From the NCBI GenBank assembly GCA_049513715.1, contig JBEKVV010000002.1:128001-192000 (forward strand): a DNA stretch of 64,000 nt, written 5' to 3'. This DNA is from Candidatus Bathyarchaeia archaeon. Lineage in GTDB: Archaea; Thermoproteota; Bathyarchaeia; 40CM-2-53-6. Position numbers and translations under genes: made by a program. Positions 1 to 10,284 of this stretch are shown in pieces. Numbering within the stretch: position 1 is the first letter of the stretch; every line of letters starts with the position of its first letter. Below the pieces are notes generated by a model. That model had not been told where the DNA came from. It searched no databases and saw only the letters and a list, made by a program, of their open reading frames with translations.

Positions 1-57
1 GACGTTTGCCCGCTATGCGACAATAGTGCGTGTCCAAACTGGAAACCTAGACAATAG
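1..57 (+). CDS. 3' end of a small Cys-rich (Zn-binding) protein, truncated by the window edge
   Basis: Frame 1 reads DVCPLCDNSACPNWKPRQ*, followed by a strong SD (GGAGGTGA, 58-65). Confidence 0.4.
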   Translation, partial: DVCPLCDNSACPNWKPRQ

Positions 58-72
58 GGAGGTGAAACAACC

Positions 73-201
73 ACGCAAGAACACTTCGACGTGTACACCC
101 ATGAACGCTACGAGGTCTGCGAAACATGCGGCAACCCCCTCTCAAAGGATGATGATTCAGAAACATGCCAAACATGCGGGCATGAATTACTACCACCATA
201 A
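73..201 (+). CDS. Small zinc-ribbon protein missed by the ORF track
   Basis: (ACG)QEHFDVYTHERYEVCETCGNPLSKDDDSETCQTCGHELLPP*; two CxxCG knuckles; SD 7 nt before ACG at 73; alternative start GTG at 91. Confidence 0.55.
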   Translation, partial: TQEHFDVYTHERYEVCETCGNPLSKDDDSETCQTCGHELLPP

Positions 202-336
202 CCACATTTCTCGGAGACTTCACACATAGCGAATCAACAAGAGTAATCACGTAATTACCTGCTGGAAGCTAGGTGGATCCTGGGTTAAGGCCACGAAGTA
301 CAGTGCGGGCCACTGGCGCATACCACACCTAACCCC

Positions 337-903
337 TTAAGGTAGAGTGTTCAGTAATCTTTTTAACTGTTTAAAATCTTCTTCCATCACCTGCCTCAAG
401 CTGGCAGTGTAGAGGGCGGCGGCTGGATGGTACATGGGAAAGTAGGTTATGGGCCCTTCATCGAAGGGTATCCCGTGCAATCCTGTGACAGATTTCTCCG
501 AATCGATGAATGCTCGGATGGCGGAGTTGCCCATTGGGCAGACAACTTGGGGTCGGATTAAGACAACCTGCCGGTCTAAGTACGGCCTGCAAGCGGTTGT
601 TTCGTCTTTTCTAGGAGGCCTGTTGTTTGGCGGCCTGCATTTGACAACGTTGGTGATATAGACATCTTCGCGTTTCAGGTTAATTGATCCCAGAAGCTCT
701 GTGAGGAGTCTTCCAGCCGCACCAACAAACGGGCGACCTTGGATGTCCTCTTCCCCACCGGGGGCCTCGCCCACAAACATCACCTTGGCCTTCTTGGCTC
801 CTTCACCGGGGACGGCGTTCTTTCTTGTCTCGCAGAGCCGGCACTTCGTACAAGCATTTACCTCCGCTGCCACTACTTCAAGCGAATCTTCCGTCCGAAC
901 CAA
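337..903 (-). CDS. udg: Family 4 uracil-DNA glycosylase (4Fe-4S)
   Basis: [38 protein letters not shown] motifs; start taken as TTG 903. Confidence 0.93.
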   Translation of the reverse strand: MVRTEDSLEVVAAEVNACTKCRLCETRKNAVPGEGAKKAKVMFVGEAPGGEEDIQGRPFVGAAGRLLTELLGSINLKREDVYITNVVKCRPPNNRPPRKDETTACRPYLDRQVVLIRPQVVCPMGNSAIRAFIDSEKSVTGLHGIPFDEGPITYFPMYHPAAALYTASLRQVMEEDFKQLKRLLNTLP

Positions 904-1001
904 CTCTCCCCGGCACTGACGAGTTGATTCCTTGCGGGCAACGCACTGTATATATGTCTCTTTTCGCTTCACCAAGCGAACTCAATTCAAGGGACAGTTC
1001 A

Positions 1002-1166
1002 ATGCCCATTACTGATGTCGTGAAGAAGCAACTCGCGCAAAAGATTAGGTTGCATTACAAAGTCTGCAGGGACTGTGGCGCACGAAACCCAGGCCCCTCA
1101 AGCCGATGCAGGAAATGCCACGGCCACAACCTTAGATGGAAGAAACGCGAACTCGGCGCCAAGTAG
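1002..1166 (+). CDS. rpl40e: 50S ribosomal protein L40e
   Basis: MPITD...KVCRDCGARN...RCRKC...LRWKKRE, 54 aa from ATG 1002. Confidence 0.95.
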   Translation: MPITDVVKKQLAQKIRLHYKVCRDCGARNPGPSSRCRKCHGHNLRWKKRELGAK

Positions 1167-1190
1167 GTTTAGGGTTCCTTGAGGTTCTTA

Positions 1191-1212
1191 ATGCTGGCAG
1201 CGTGGCCAGCAT
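1191..1212 (+). terminator. Possible stem-loop downstream of rpl40e
   Basis: ATGCTGGC-agcgtg-GCCAGCAT, perfect 8-bp stem; no clear T tract. Confidence 0.3.
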
Positions 1213-1305
1213 CCCACCCGCACCCCGCACTCAAAGGTCAGGGTTCGAATTGTTTACTGGGTGACGATGCATAGAGAAACGCCGAATCGAGGGGTCTAGA
1301 GTTTA

Positions 1306-1545
1306 ATGGTCGATCTTCGAAAATTGTCTGAACAGATTCTTGATTTCTTCCACAAAGAGGATGAGAGGCGAGGCCGACTGAATATTCACATAGCTACGTT
1401 GTACAAGGCCTTCGAGAAAGAAGCTCCGTACGAAGTGATTCAACGCGCAATAGCGTTCTTGGTAGATAGAGATCTCATCGCACCGTCCAGCTACGGCCTT
1501 ACCGCCAAAGGCAGACGAGTACATGGCTTGAGACGAAAGGTCTAG
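1306..1545 (+). CDS. Small hypothetical protein, winged-helix-like
   Basis: 79 aa, helical, ends in a wing-like YGLTAKG motif. Confidence 0.6.
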   Translation: MVDLRKLSEQILDFFHKEDERRGRLNIHIATLYKAFEKEAPYEVIQRAIAFLVDRDLIAPSSYGLTAKGRRVHGLRRKV

Positions 1546-1694
1546 GATTCTGTCGGATGCGATTGCCCATTTCCGCCGAATAATATCGCCGAATCAATAG
1601 GAAGAGAAGCTAAGCTTTCCTACTCGAATCTCAGAACCGCAATTACGAGGCCAAACAATAATCAAAACGGGGAAGGAATCGTGGGCTAAGCCGC

Positions 1695-1994
1695 CTACGC
1701 GATTCCCATTTGGGCCTTGGCTTCTTCACTCATCTTGTCTGGGCTCCAAGGCGGGTCGAAAACTAAGCTTACTTCAGCGTCCTTAATGCCATTCAACGCC
1801 TTCAGCTTCGCCTTGACCTCATCAGCAATCATCCCACCCATCATGCAGCCCGGCGCGGTCAGGGTCATTTTGACCCCCACTTTCTCGCCGTCAATGTTGA
1901 TGTCGTAAACCAGGCCTAAGTCCCAGATGTTGAGAGGAATCTCTGGGTCGTAACAATCCTTCAATACGGTAATGACTTCGTCTTTCGTAACCAT
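1695..1994 (-). CDS. DUF59/SufT/MIP18-family Fe-S cluster assembly protein
   Basis: DPEIPLNIWDLGLVY, MTLTAPGC, FDPPWSPD. Confidence 0.92.
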   Translation of the reverse strand: MVTKDEVITVLKDCYDPEIPLNIWDLGLVYDINIDGEKVGVKMTLTAPGCMMGGMIADEVKAKLKALNGIKDAEVSLVFDPPWSPDKMSEEAKAQMGIA

Positions 1995-2119
1995 ACTACT
2001 ATTCACCCCCACGATTCGGCCTTTGCTTTCTCCTACGGTGGAACTCCGCGTCTTCCTTACCTATTAATCTTAGTTTGAACTCGCGGCAAGTCGGATATCC
2101 GAATGGGGTACCCTTATTG

Positions 2120-3286
2120 CTACTTCTGCTTCGACCATGCTATTGGCATGGCTCCGGGAATTGGTTCAAGCAGTTTCGCTGCGTTAACCCTGACCGCGCT
2201 GGTTATTTCCTCGAATAACGGGTTCACGTAGTCCTCAATCTTCCCCGCGTCTGCTAGCCTCGCGATTTCAGGGTCTATTGGAATGGCGCCCAGGTACGGA
2301 ATTCCCGCTTTCTTTGCTGCTTCTTGGGCTTTGCTTGGGCCGAAGATTTCGGTTTTCCATCCACAGTGTGGGCAGATGGCGTAGCTCATGTTCTCCATCA
2401 AACCCAGAATCTTTACCGCGGCGAGTTGTTCGCTAAGTGTTTTGGCCATGTTGATTGCTTTCCCAACCACCATCAACGCCAAATCCTGCGGGGTCGTCAC
2501 CACGATCACTCCCTGCAATGGGAGTGATTGGAAAACAGTAAGCGGGGCATCAGACGTTCCCGGAGGGAGATCTACCAGCAGGAAGTGTAGCTCTCCCCAT
2601 TCTATGTCTTGAAACATTTGGCGGATGACGCTGTTGATGATTGGGCCGCGGACTATGACGGGCATTTGCGGTTCCTCGAGAATTAGGTTCATTGAGACGA
2701 CCTTGATTCCCAATCGGCTCGCTGCTGGTAAGACGTGTTTGTCCGCTGTGACGAAGAGCGGGCCTTTGAGGCCAAACATCTTCGCTATGCTGGGCCCAGT
2801 TATGTCCGCATCAAGAATTCCAACCTTGTACCCCAGCCGTGTCAGCTGAACAGCTAGAAATCCTGTCACGAAGGACTTACCTACTCCGCCCTTTCCAGAC
2901 ATGATAGCGACGACATTTCGGATGCCTTTCCTCTCTAGGCGGTTGATGCCAGGAGGCATACCCGATCCAGTAGCTGGCGCTTGTCCTTTTTGCGCGGCCA
3001 TCCCAGACTGAATCTTAACACGAAGTTCCTCAAGCTCCTGCTTGGTCATGACTGTTGTATCGACGTCTACGTGCTTGATCCCAGGTACCGTCAGCAGGGT
3101 CTTCTCAATGTCGCCAGAAATTGTTTTGGAAAGGGGGCATCCGCCAACAGTTAGGGCCACCTGGACTTTGACCTTGTCGGCTTCGATGTCGACCTTCTTG
3201 ACCATTTGGAGGTTGACTATCGAGATGTGAAGTTCTGGGTCCATGACGTCCTTCAGTTTCGCCATGACCTCGTCTTTTGAAACCAC
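2120..3286 (-). CDS. mrp: Mrp/NBP35 (ApbC) Fe-S carrier ATPase with N-terminal DUF59 domain
   Basis: DPELH...TVGGCP N-domain; SGKGGVGKS; DADITGPS; DLPPGTSD; ENMS...CPHCG. Confidence 0.93.
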   Translation of the reverse strand: MVSKDEVMAKLKDVMDPELHISIVNLQMVKKVDIEADKVKVQVALTVGGCPLSKTISGDIEKTLLTVPGIKHVDVDTTVMTKQELEELRVKIQSGMAAQKGQAPATGSGMPPGINRLERKGIRNVVAIMSGKGGVGKSFVTGFLAVQLTRLGYKVGILDADITGPSIAKMFGLKGPLFVTADKHVLPAASRLGIKVVSMNLILEEPQMPVIVRGPIINSVIRQMFQDIEWGELHFLLVDLPPGTSDAPLTVFQSLPLQGVIVVTTPQDLALMVVGKAINMAKTLSEQLAAVKILGLMENMSYAICPHCGWKTEIFGPSKAQEAAKKAGIPYLGAIPIDPEIARLADAGKIEDYVNPLFEEITSAVRVNAAKLLEPIPGAMPIAWSKQK

Positions 3287-3405
3287 TGTTCTATTCCTCG
3301 AGCTTTCCGGACACAGGAAAAGCGTGCCATATTAATCGTTGTTCGATGCGTGTACTCTGGAAATGGTGTCTGTTGGATGATTAACGTAACATTCTGGTTC
3401 GGGTT

Positions 3406-4725
3406 TTAGGGGAGCAGTCGTTCTGGTGTTCTTGGGAAGAGTGTTGTTTCCCTCACGTTTTCTTTGCCCAAGAAGCTCATGGTGAACCTCTCTATTCCTA
3501 GGCAAAAGCCGCCGTGTGGTGGGACACCGAATTTGAAGGGCTCGGTGAACCATTTCATGCCTTCAGGGTTCACGTTCTTCTCTTTCATTTGCTCCATGAT
3601 TTTCTCGTGCCGGTGTTCCCTCTGTCCGCCTGAAGATTGTTCAACGTCTCTGTAGACGAGGTCTACGCTTCGTGCCCATTGTGGGTCGTCGTCTACGCGC
3701 ATTACGTAGAAGGGTTTCACTTTGAAGGGGAACCTGTTGATGAAGAAAATCTCAGCACTGTGTTTCTCTTTGACGTATTTACAGAGGATTTTTTCTCCTT
3801 CCTTATCGATGTCGTTACCGTAAGGAATCTTCTTTCCGTACTCCTCGAGGATTTTGTAGATTTCTGGGAATCTCAATTCAGGAAAGGGTGTGCTTGGGAT
3901 CTCTGGTGCTACATGCGCTCGTTCCAGTTGACCGGAGCATTCGTCCTTTACCTTCGTCATTGCTGCAACGATGAGCTCCTCCTCAACTCGCATCATGTCT
4001 GTTTCGTTGTTCATGAATCCGAACTCCACGGCCATGCCCCTGTGCTCGCAGAGGTGTTGGGTTGTGTGGGATTGTTCGGCTCTCCAATTTGGCCCAAGGT
4101 CGTAGACTTTGTCAAAGCCTGCAGCGATGCACAATTGTCTGTGTAATTGTGGGTCTTGTCTGAGGAATGCTTCTTTGCCGAAATAGTCAGTTTTGAAAAC
4201 TTCTGAACCTCCCTCCGATGTTCCGCCCAGGAGGCATGGGGTGAATACTTGCATGTACCCGTGTTTGTTCAGGTACTCAACCATTCCCTCCACGAGTTTC
4301 GATTGTATTTGGAATATTGCGAGGTTCTCTCTTCTTCTAAGGTCGATTACTCGCCAATCAAGGCGTGCGTCAAGGTTTGACTCAATATTACCGGAAATGT
4401 CTAGAGGTGCTGCTGCTTGGGCTTTCACAATCAATTCAATTTTGGTTGGAGTTATTTCGGCGCCAACCTTCGCGATTCGCTCCTTCACCGGTATGCCTTC
4501 GACGGCGATGACATCCTCTTTTCCTAGTGTCCCGGATTCCTTGAGAATTTCCGGGGTTGCCTTTGATTTGATAACGGTAACTTGCGCAACGCCATGACTG
4601 TCCCTGAGCAAAATGAAACGTGCCTTTGCCAGGTCCCTTATGTCATGGACCCAACCTGCAAGCACGATCTTCTCTTCTTTTGCGCCTTCAATCTCGTCTG
4701 TGTAGTGTGTTCGTTTGAGCGTCAA
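3406..4725 (-). CDS. aspS: Aspartate--tRNA(Asp/Asn) ligase
   Basis: OB-fold GWVHDIRD, RLDWRVIDLR, EGGSEVF, SSGGQREH, PPHGGFCLGIER. Confidence 0.93.
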   Translation of the reverse strand: MTLKRTHYTDEIEGAKEEKIVLAGWVHDIRDLAKARFILLRDSHGVAQVTVIKSKATPEILKESGTLGKEDVIAVEGIPVKERIAKVGAEITPTKIELIVKAQAAAPLDISGNIESNLDARLDWRVIDLRRRENLAIFQIQSKLVEGMVEYLNKHGYMQVFTPCLLGGTSEGGSEVFKTDYFGKEAFLRQDPQLHRQLCIAAGFDKVYDLGPNWRAEQSHTTQHLCEHRGMAVEFGFMNNETDMMRVEEELIVAAMTKVKDECSGQLERAHVAPEIPSTPFPELRFPEIYKILEEYGKKIPYGNDIDKEGEKILCKYVKEKHSAEIFFINRFPFKVKPFYVMRVDDDPQWARSVDLVYRDVEQSSGGQREHRHEKIMEQMKEKNVNPEGMKWFTEPFKFGVPPHGGFCLGIERFTMSFLGKENVRETTLFPRTPERLLP

Positions 4726-4828
4726 GGGCAGCCTTTCCGCTTAACGTTCGAGGCTGGCGCTATTAACTAGATATGTCAGGCGACGTTCGGTAATTGTGGT
4801 TGCGAGGATTCTTCCGCGGTATGCTGCG

Positions 4829-5695
4829 TTACTTTAGCAGTTTCGCGATTTCCCCGGGTCTAAGAGCAATCTTCACACCAGCATCTCGTAGTGATTGGAT
4901 CTTTGTTTCAGCCGTACCTGCTTTTCCAGTGATGATGGCGCCTGCGTGGCCCATTCGTTTTCCTGGTGGTGCAGCTCGTCCAGCAACGTAAGCCGCGATC
5001 GGCTTAGGGTATTTCGTTTTCTTGACATACTCCGCTGCCATCTCTTCAGCGTTGCCGCCGATTTCACCGATCATGGCGATTGCTTTCGTCTGAGTGTCAA
5101 TCCTGAACATCTCGAGGACGTCGACAAAGTTCAACCCCACGACTGGGTCGCCTCCGATACCGAGGCATGTGGACTGCCCGAGGCCTGCGTTAGTTAGGCT
5201 TGCGGCTATCTCGTAAGTTAACGTTCCACTTCTGGATACGAGGCCAATCTTACCGGGTTTGAATATGTGCCCAGGCATGATGCCGAGCTTGCATTCGGAA
5301 GGAGTAATGATGCCTGGCGTGTTCGGACCGATGATCGTTGTGCCTTTGAGCTTGGCCACCTGCATGATTTGAATCTCGTCTTTGACTGGTATTCCCTCGG
5401 TGATCACGATTATTGGGTTTAGGTCAGCTGCTATCGCCTCGAGCACCGGGTCCTTCGCGAAGGGGGCCGGAACGAAAACGATGGAAGCGTTCACACCGAA
5501 CTTGTCCTTCGCCTCCTGGACGGTATCGAAAACTGGGAGCCCTTGAGACGTCGTTCCTCCCTTTCCGGGTGTAACGCCTGCAGCGATCTTGGTACCGTAT
5601 TCAAGCATGAGTTGCGTGTGGTAGCTTCCCTGTCCTCCAGTAATGCCTTGCACTATTGCCTTCGTTTCTTTTCCAACTAGAATTGGCATTTTCAC
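4829..5695 (-). CDS. sucD: Succinate--CoA ligase subunit alpha
   Basis: VQGITG, GVTPGKGG, IGPNTPG, SRSGTLTYE, RMGHAGA. Confidence 0.96.
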   Translation of the reverse strand: MKMPILVGKETKAIVQGITGGQGSYHTQLMLEYGTKIAAGVTPGKGGTTSQGLPVFDTVQEAKDKFGVNASIVFVPAPFAKDPVLEAIAADLNPIIVITEGIPVKDEIQIMQVAKLKGTTIIGPNTPGIITPSECKLGIMPGHIFKPGKIGLVSRSGTLTYEIAASLTNAGLGQSTCLGIGGDPVVGLNFVDVLEMFRIDTQTKAIAMIGEIGGNAEEMAAEYVKKTKYPKPIAAYVAGRAAPPGKRMGHAGAIITGKAGTAETKIQSLRDAGVKIALRPGEIAKLLK

Positions 5696-6837
5696 TTCAC
5701 CTTGGCCGCTAATTCCACGGCCTTTGCCGCTGCATCCTCCATCGTATTTAGAGAAGGAATGTTGGCGGCCGCGAGTATCTTCTGCCCTTCCTTTTCATTG
5801 GTGCCTACTAGGCGTATTACCATGGGTTTTGTTATGCCCATTCTCTTCTGAATATCTAGAATGGCGTTCGCGACGTCGTCGCATCGTGTGATGCCGCCCA
5901 TTATGTTGATGAAAAGCACTTTGACTTTAGGGTTGGCGAGCACAATTTCCAATGCTGCCGCAGTTCTAGCTTCATCTGCCCCCCCGCCTACATCGCAGAA
6001 GTTTGCGGCCTTGCCTTTGCAATCCAATATCATGTCCAATGTCGCCATTACCAGCCCCGCACCATTCCCAATAATCCCAACATCGCCGTCAAGCTCAACA
6101 TACGCGAGCCCCTTCTCTCGGGCCTTCACCTCGAGTGGGGTCATGTCTGGTTCGAATGTCTTCATGCGTTCCAAGAACTTGGGGTGCCTGAAGAGTGAGT
6201 TGTCGTCGACGAGAATGCGCAGGTCCGCGCAGACCAGGTCGCCGCTCTCAGTTTCGATGAGCGGGTTGGACTCGATCAGCTCCGCGTCGAGGTCTAACGT
6301 TATTTGGAATAGCTTGCCGATGACCGACATTACCTGTCCCATCTGCTTTCCTGAGTACCCAAGTTGTTTGGCAACCATTCGACTTTCGAATTCCCGCAAA
6401 CCGAACAGAGGGTCGATCTTGCGGCGGATTATTTTCTCAGGATGTGCTCCGGCAACCTGTTCGATGTCAACTCCACCCTCAGTTGAACATAGAATCGTGT
6501 AGCACCGTGAAGCACGGTCTACTACAATGCTGACATACCGTTCATGCTTGCTGGCCAGTCTCTGTTCGACAAGAACCTTTGCAACTTTCTCGCCCTTTAT
6601 TGACATTGAGAGCAGGGATTGAGCAACCTGAGCTGCCTCGTCACTGCTTGAGGCAGGCTTGATTCCTCCGGCCTTTCCGCGCCCAGCAACGAGAACCTGA
6701 GCCTTCACCATGGAAGGTTGGTTCAATTTCGAGAAGGCGTCTTTCGCCTCTTGAGGAGTTGAGGCAACGAAGCCCTTCGGGACTGGTAGGCCGTACTCTT
6801 GTGCTATTTGTTTGGCTTCATATTCGAACAGTTTCAA
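5692..6837 (-). CDS. sucC: Succinate--CoA ligase subunit beta
   Basis: MKLFEYEAK, KAQVLVAGRGKAGG, GNGAGLVMATLD, GGITRCD; 4-nt overlap with sucD. Confidence 0.96.
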   Translation of the reverse strand: MKLFEYEAKQIAQEYGLPVPKGFVASTPQEAKDAFSKLNQPSMVKAQVLVAGRGKAGGIKPASSSDEAAQVAQSLLSMSIKGEKVAKVLVEQRLASKHERYVSIVVDRASRCYTILCSTEGGVDIEQVAGAHPEKIIRRKIDPLFGLREFESRMVAKQLGYSGKQMGQVMSVIGKLFQITLDLDAELIESNPLIETESGDLVCADLRILVDDNSLFRHPKFLERMKTFEPDMTPLEVKAREKGLAYVELDGDVGIIGNGAGLVMATLDMILDCKGKAANFCDVGGGADEARTAAALEIVLANPKVKVLFINIMGGITRCDDVANAILDIQKRMGITKPMVIRLVGTNEKEGQKILAAANIPSLNTMEDAAAKAVELAAKVK

Positions 6838-7069
6838 TTTTAGTCAACGCTCGCGTGACGAATCGGCCTTAGACTGTTCAGTTCAGTAATAAAACAGTCG
6901 CCGAATTTTCGCAGTCACAATTGATTGCCCGCGCCCGAAGTTTGGTGAAGAAGCGGCGTTTGAAATGCATCATCTTCAAATAGGCTGGGGACCTCGTGCT
7001 CAAACATAGCGCGGGTACCAGAGCGCTCGGTTGAAGGGCTGTCCCGGGAAACAGATAAGATGAGACCGA

Positions 7070-7585
7070 ATGGTAAAGACGATATTAGACGCTTTCTGCG
7101 TGAAGTCCGGCATACTCTGCAGACGTTGCGAGGAGAAACTGGACAAGGGCCAAATCACAGAGCTGGACTTGAAGGTTATTCAGAGAATTGTGGAACTTGA
7201 GAAAGAGAACCCCGTGCTTGAAGACGTGACTTACCACAGGGCCGTTGAGGCCGATGACATGATGGTTGTCCTTGTCGACAAGAAGGACATGCCGAAATTG
7301 TTGGGTGGGGGAGCGAAGGTGGTTAGGGATCTCAGTGAGACATTCGGGAAGAGAGTGAAGCTCATCAGTTTCGGTGGTGACGACCGGGGATTCCTCGAAG
7401 ACCTCTTCAGCCCATTATCGATTCTCACGATAAACACAATTTGGATTCCGGATGGCACGACGGAGACGAAGGTCATCTTGACTGGGAGAGAGCCGAGGAA
7501 TATGCCTGTGAACTTGGACATGGTGCGCAAGATTGCCCAAGATTTGAAGGGCATGACGCTTCGCGTTGAATTCGAGCGCAATTAG
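7070..7585 (+). CDS. Archaeal NusA-like KH-domain protein with N-terminal Cys cluster
   Basis: FCVKSGILCRRCE; KH-like LLGGGAKVVR; INTIWIPDG. Confidence 0.8.
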   Translation: MVKTILDAFCVKSGILCRRCEEKLDKGQITELDLKVIQRIVELEKENPVLEDVTYHRAVEADDMMVVLVDKKDMPKLLGGGAKVVRDLSETFGKRVKLISFGGDDRGFLEDLFSPLSILTINTIWIPDGTTETKVILTGREPRNMPVNLDMVRKIAQDLKGMTLRVEFERN

Positions 7586-8922
7586 GCTTTCAGGTCGTAT
7601 CTTCGCCCTTTGGTGGGTTGCTCTATGGCCGTGATGTCGGACATGTACTTGGCGTAGAGCCCCGGATATTCTGTGTGGATCGGAAACAGTTTCTTCGGTT
7701 TGATTTTCTCAACCGTCTTCTTCAGCTCGCTTGGCATTATGTGCCCTGAACAGTGGACATGGTACATTGGCAATCCGAAATGATCCAACCAGTTCTGTAA
7801 GCGTTGAAATTCGAACTCTTGCTCCTCATTGAATGGTTCCGACATTGATAGAACGAAGACGCTGCCCGGGTCTGGCCGGATGTCGACGAGTTCCTTGAAA
7901 TCTGGTGTTGAGAATGCTACAATGAACTTTCCTTGGTTTTTTCTGAGTTCTTGACTGTCGATCGTCGTGGCGTGCTTCATCACTTCTTCCTCCCAACCGT
8001 AGTACCTTTTCTTTGCTCTCCTGAACACGACCAAGTTTTCTTCGGATTCGGCTATTTCGGGTAGGTTTAGGGTTCGGTCTTTTGCGAGGTCGCTGAGGAT
8101 GTGTGCCTGTTTTAGTGAGATCGCTAGGACTCGGTCATTCTCTTTTGCCACTTGGTAGAAGGTCCGCACTCTGTCAACGTCGACGTTTGAGAAGTTGGCG
8201 AGGACAATGTTCTTCGTTCCGGACACGATCGAGTTGAGTTTCGATTCCACCTCCGGCTCGCTCGAAACTTCGCCGCCGAGAATGTTCGTTCCCTCTGCGA
8301 GGAATACTGCTGGGTCTGCCTTGGCGGCCAATTCAACGAAGTCGCTTGTCATCTGAGGTTTAGTTCCATGAAGTCTGAAGTCAGCTGAATACACAACCGA
8401 GCCTTGCGAGGTTTTCAGTATGAACCCATACGCGCCTGGAATTGAGTGGTCAACATGGCAGGGCGTGACTTCGATGGAGCCGATCATAAGGGATTTGCCG
8501 GTCCTGAATGTCTGGAGCTCGACTCCGCGCATGTCTGATTCGAAGTGGCGGACCTTTGAAGCTGATACAGCTTTCAGTATCTGTGCGCAGGTCTCGCCGC
8601 AGTAGATTGGAATGCTCCTCTTCAGGAAGGATGTGTATCCCCAATGGTCGCCGTGCGCGTGCGAGAGGACTACGGCATCGATTGAGGGTTTTGAGTCTTC
8701 GAACTCGTAAATTCCTTTGATGGTGGGGAGAATGCCCAACTCAAGGAGGTCTCGTTCGTCGCCGGGTGAAAGCATCGGGTCGAAGAAGAATTTCCGTCGG
8801 TCTGAGTAGCTCATTCCAAAGTCGAGCATTACCCGCGTGCCTCTGTCTTCTATGAGGATCTTATTTCCACCGATTTCGTTCACGCCGCCGTAGAAGGTGA
8901 TGCCGGCCTGGGTTGTTGGCAT
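7582..8922 (-). CDS. MBL-fold/beta-CASP hydrolase (RNase J-like)
   Basis: GGVNEIGGN, SHAHGDH, VDHSIPG, HCSGH, PIHTE. Confidence 0.88.
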   Translation of the reverse strand: MPTTQAGITFYGGVNEIGGNKILIEDRGTRVMLDFGMSYSDRRKFFFDPMLSPGDERDLLELGILPTIKGIYEFEDSKPSIDAVVLSHAHGDHWGYTSFLKRSIPIYCGETCAQILKAVSASKVRHFESDMRGVELQTFRTGKSLMIGSIEVTPCHVDHSIPGAYGFILKTSQGSVVYSADFRLHGTKPQMTSDFVELAAKADPAVFLAEGTNILGGEVSSEPEVESKLNSIVSGTKNIVLANFSNVDVDRVRTFYQVAKENDRVLAISLKQAHILSDLAKDRTLNLPEIAESEENLVVFRRAKKRYYGWEEEVMKHATTIDSQELRKNQGKFIVAFSTPDFKELVDIRPDPGSVFVLSMSEPFNEEQEFEFQRLQNWLDHFGLPMYHVHCSGHIMPSELKKTVEKIKPKKLFPIHTEYPGLYAKYMSDITAIEQPTKGRRYDLKA

Positions 8923-9032
8923 TTACCGCACGATTCTGCCCTGTGAGGGGGCTTGCTTATATCAAGTGAGCCGTGGGACTAAGGGCTGCGATAAAGAGTT
9001 ATGAATTGCCGCGTCTCCTTTCCGACTGGAGC

Positions 9033-9797
9033 GTGGTGGAGTTGCTTCGGGCTGTCGTCTTCGACTTGGGTGATACACTAGTTCACTTGAGTCGTCCTTG
9101 GGATGACGTTTTCCGCGACAATCTTAAGGCAGCCCACAGCTACCTCACAAAGTTGGGGTTGAAGCTAGATTTTCAGCAATTTGCAGAAACATTCATGCGG
9201 CAATTCAATGACGCATCTGAGAAGGCGGGTCTGTACAAAGTCGAGATCCCCATGCAGGAAATCATCGCAAAGACCCTACGTAAAGCCAAGTTGGAAGTTC
9301 TGGGAGTAGACTTGGTTCAGAATGCGATGATGGAATTCTACCAGCCGGAAATTGAAGCTTGGCAACTTTACCCAGACACGATTAAAACATTGGAAACCCT
9401 GCGCGAGCAAGAATTGAGGATGGGCCTGATATCGAATGCGAAGAGCGATTGGTTCGTCAGCGCGATTCTTGAAAAGTTCAACCTTCGGCAGTTCTTTGAT
9501 GTAGTGATAACATCTGCCGAAATAGGGCTAAGAAAACCACGGGCGGATATTTTCATGAAAGCGCTAAGTTCACTGAACATCAAAGCTTCAGAAGCTGTCT
9601 TCGTTGGCGACTCATTGCATGCAGACATCCTAGGTGCCAGAGCGGTTGGAATACAATCAATTCACTTGGTACGAAAACCCCTGGATGACTGCCACGTTCC
9701 TGACCGCTATGTCGGTGTGGCAAGCCTTACTGAGGCCTTGGACCAGATTACCAACTGCCAGAATGCCTCACTTGGCAACGTTCGAGATCTTAGATGA
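9033..9797 (+). CDS. HAD-superfamily hydrolase
   Basis: VFDLGDTL, ISNA, RKP, FVGDSLHADI; start estimated at GTG 9033. Confidence 0.9.
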   Translation: MVELLRAVVFDLGDTLVHLSRPWDDVFRDNLKAAHSYLTKLGLKLDFQQFAETFMRQFNDASEKAGLYKVEIPMQEIIAKTLRKAKLEVLGVDLVQNAMMEFYQPEIEAWQLYPDTIKTLETLREQELRMGLISNAKSDWFVSAILEKFNLRQFFDVVITSAEIGLRKPRADIFMKALSSLNIKASEAVFVGDSLHADILGARAVGIQSIHLVRKPLDDCHVPDRYVGVASLTEALDQITNCQNASLGNVRDLR

Positions 9798-9810
9798 GAT
9801 TTGGTTCCGG

Positions 9811-10284
9811 TCATGTGTCGAAGAACTCGGCGAGTTTGGTTTGAGAAGTGCCCTTCGACTCGCGAATTAATGATTTGAATTGTCTCTCCACGACCGTCTT
9901 TGCCTGCTTGATTGTGGCTCTCCTTTTCGGAGGAATGAGTGCGTGAAATGCAGAGCCCTGATGTTGCCAAACCCCAAAACCAGACCGTTTGAAACGAGCG
10001 AAATATCTGCTTCGCGTGACGCGGTATCGGTCTGCGACAATCACCACGTAGTTGAACGCTGTCGCATAGGCAGAGCATTGTTTAAGCCCTCGCCGGATGG
10101 AGTCAGTTCTTGACTTGTATTCGAACGCGCAGTAGTCTTGGCCCTTGATTGCGGCTACATCCACCCAGCAGTGGTTGGGGGTTGGGCAGAATACCTCGCT
10201 AGGGTGAACGGTGTAGCCTTGTGTTTGGAGGAATGCGATTAACTGTTTCCTTGCGGCGGGGTATCCTCGATGACATGTTGACAT
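9811..10284 (-). CDS. Putative PD-(D/E)XK restriction-endonuclease-like protein
   Basis: EV...WVDVAA...AFEYKS...GLKQC..Y catalytic-like pattern; overlaps the upstream gene. Confidence 0.65.
   Translation of the reverse strand: MSTCHRGYPAARKQLIAFLQTQGYTVHPSEVFCPTPNHCWVDVAAIKGQDYCAFEYKSRTDSIRRGLKQCSAYATAFNYVVIVADRYRVTRSRYFARFKRSGFGVWQHQGSAFHALIPPKRRATIKQAKTVVERQFKSLIRESKGTSQTKLAEFFDT

Noticed and set aside
1236..1252. GGTTCGAAT as a tRNA T-loop
   Set aside because: No T-stem pairing or cloverleaf surrounds it.
5861..6502. Long antisense ORFs (also 12809-13429, 49173-49748, 52820-53338 and others)
   Set aside because: They are shadows of well-conserved genes on the opposite strand.
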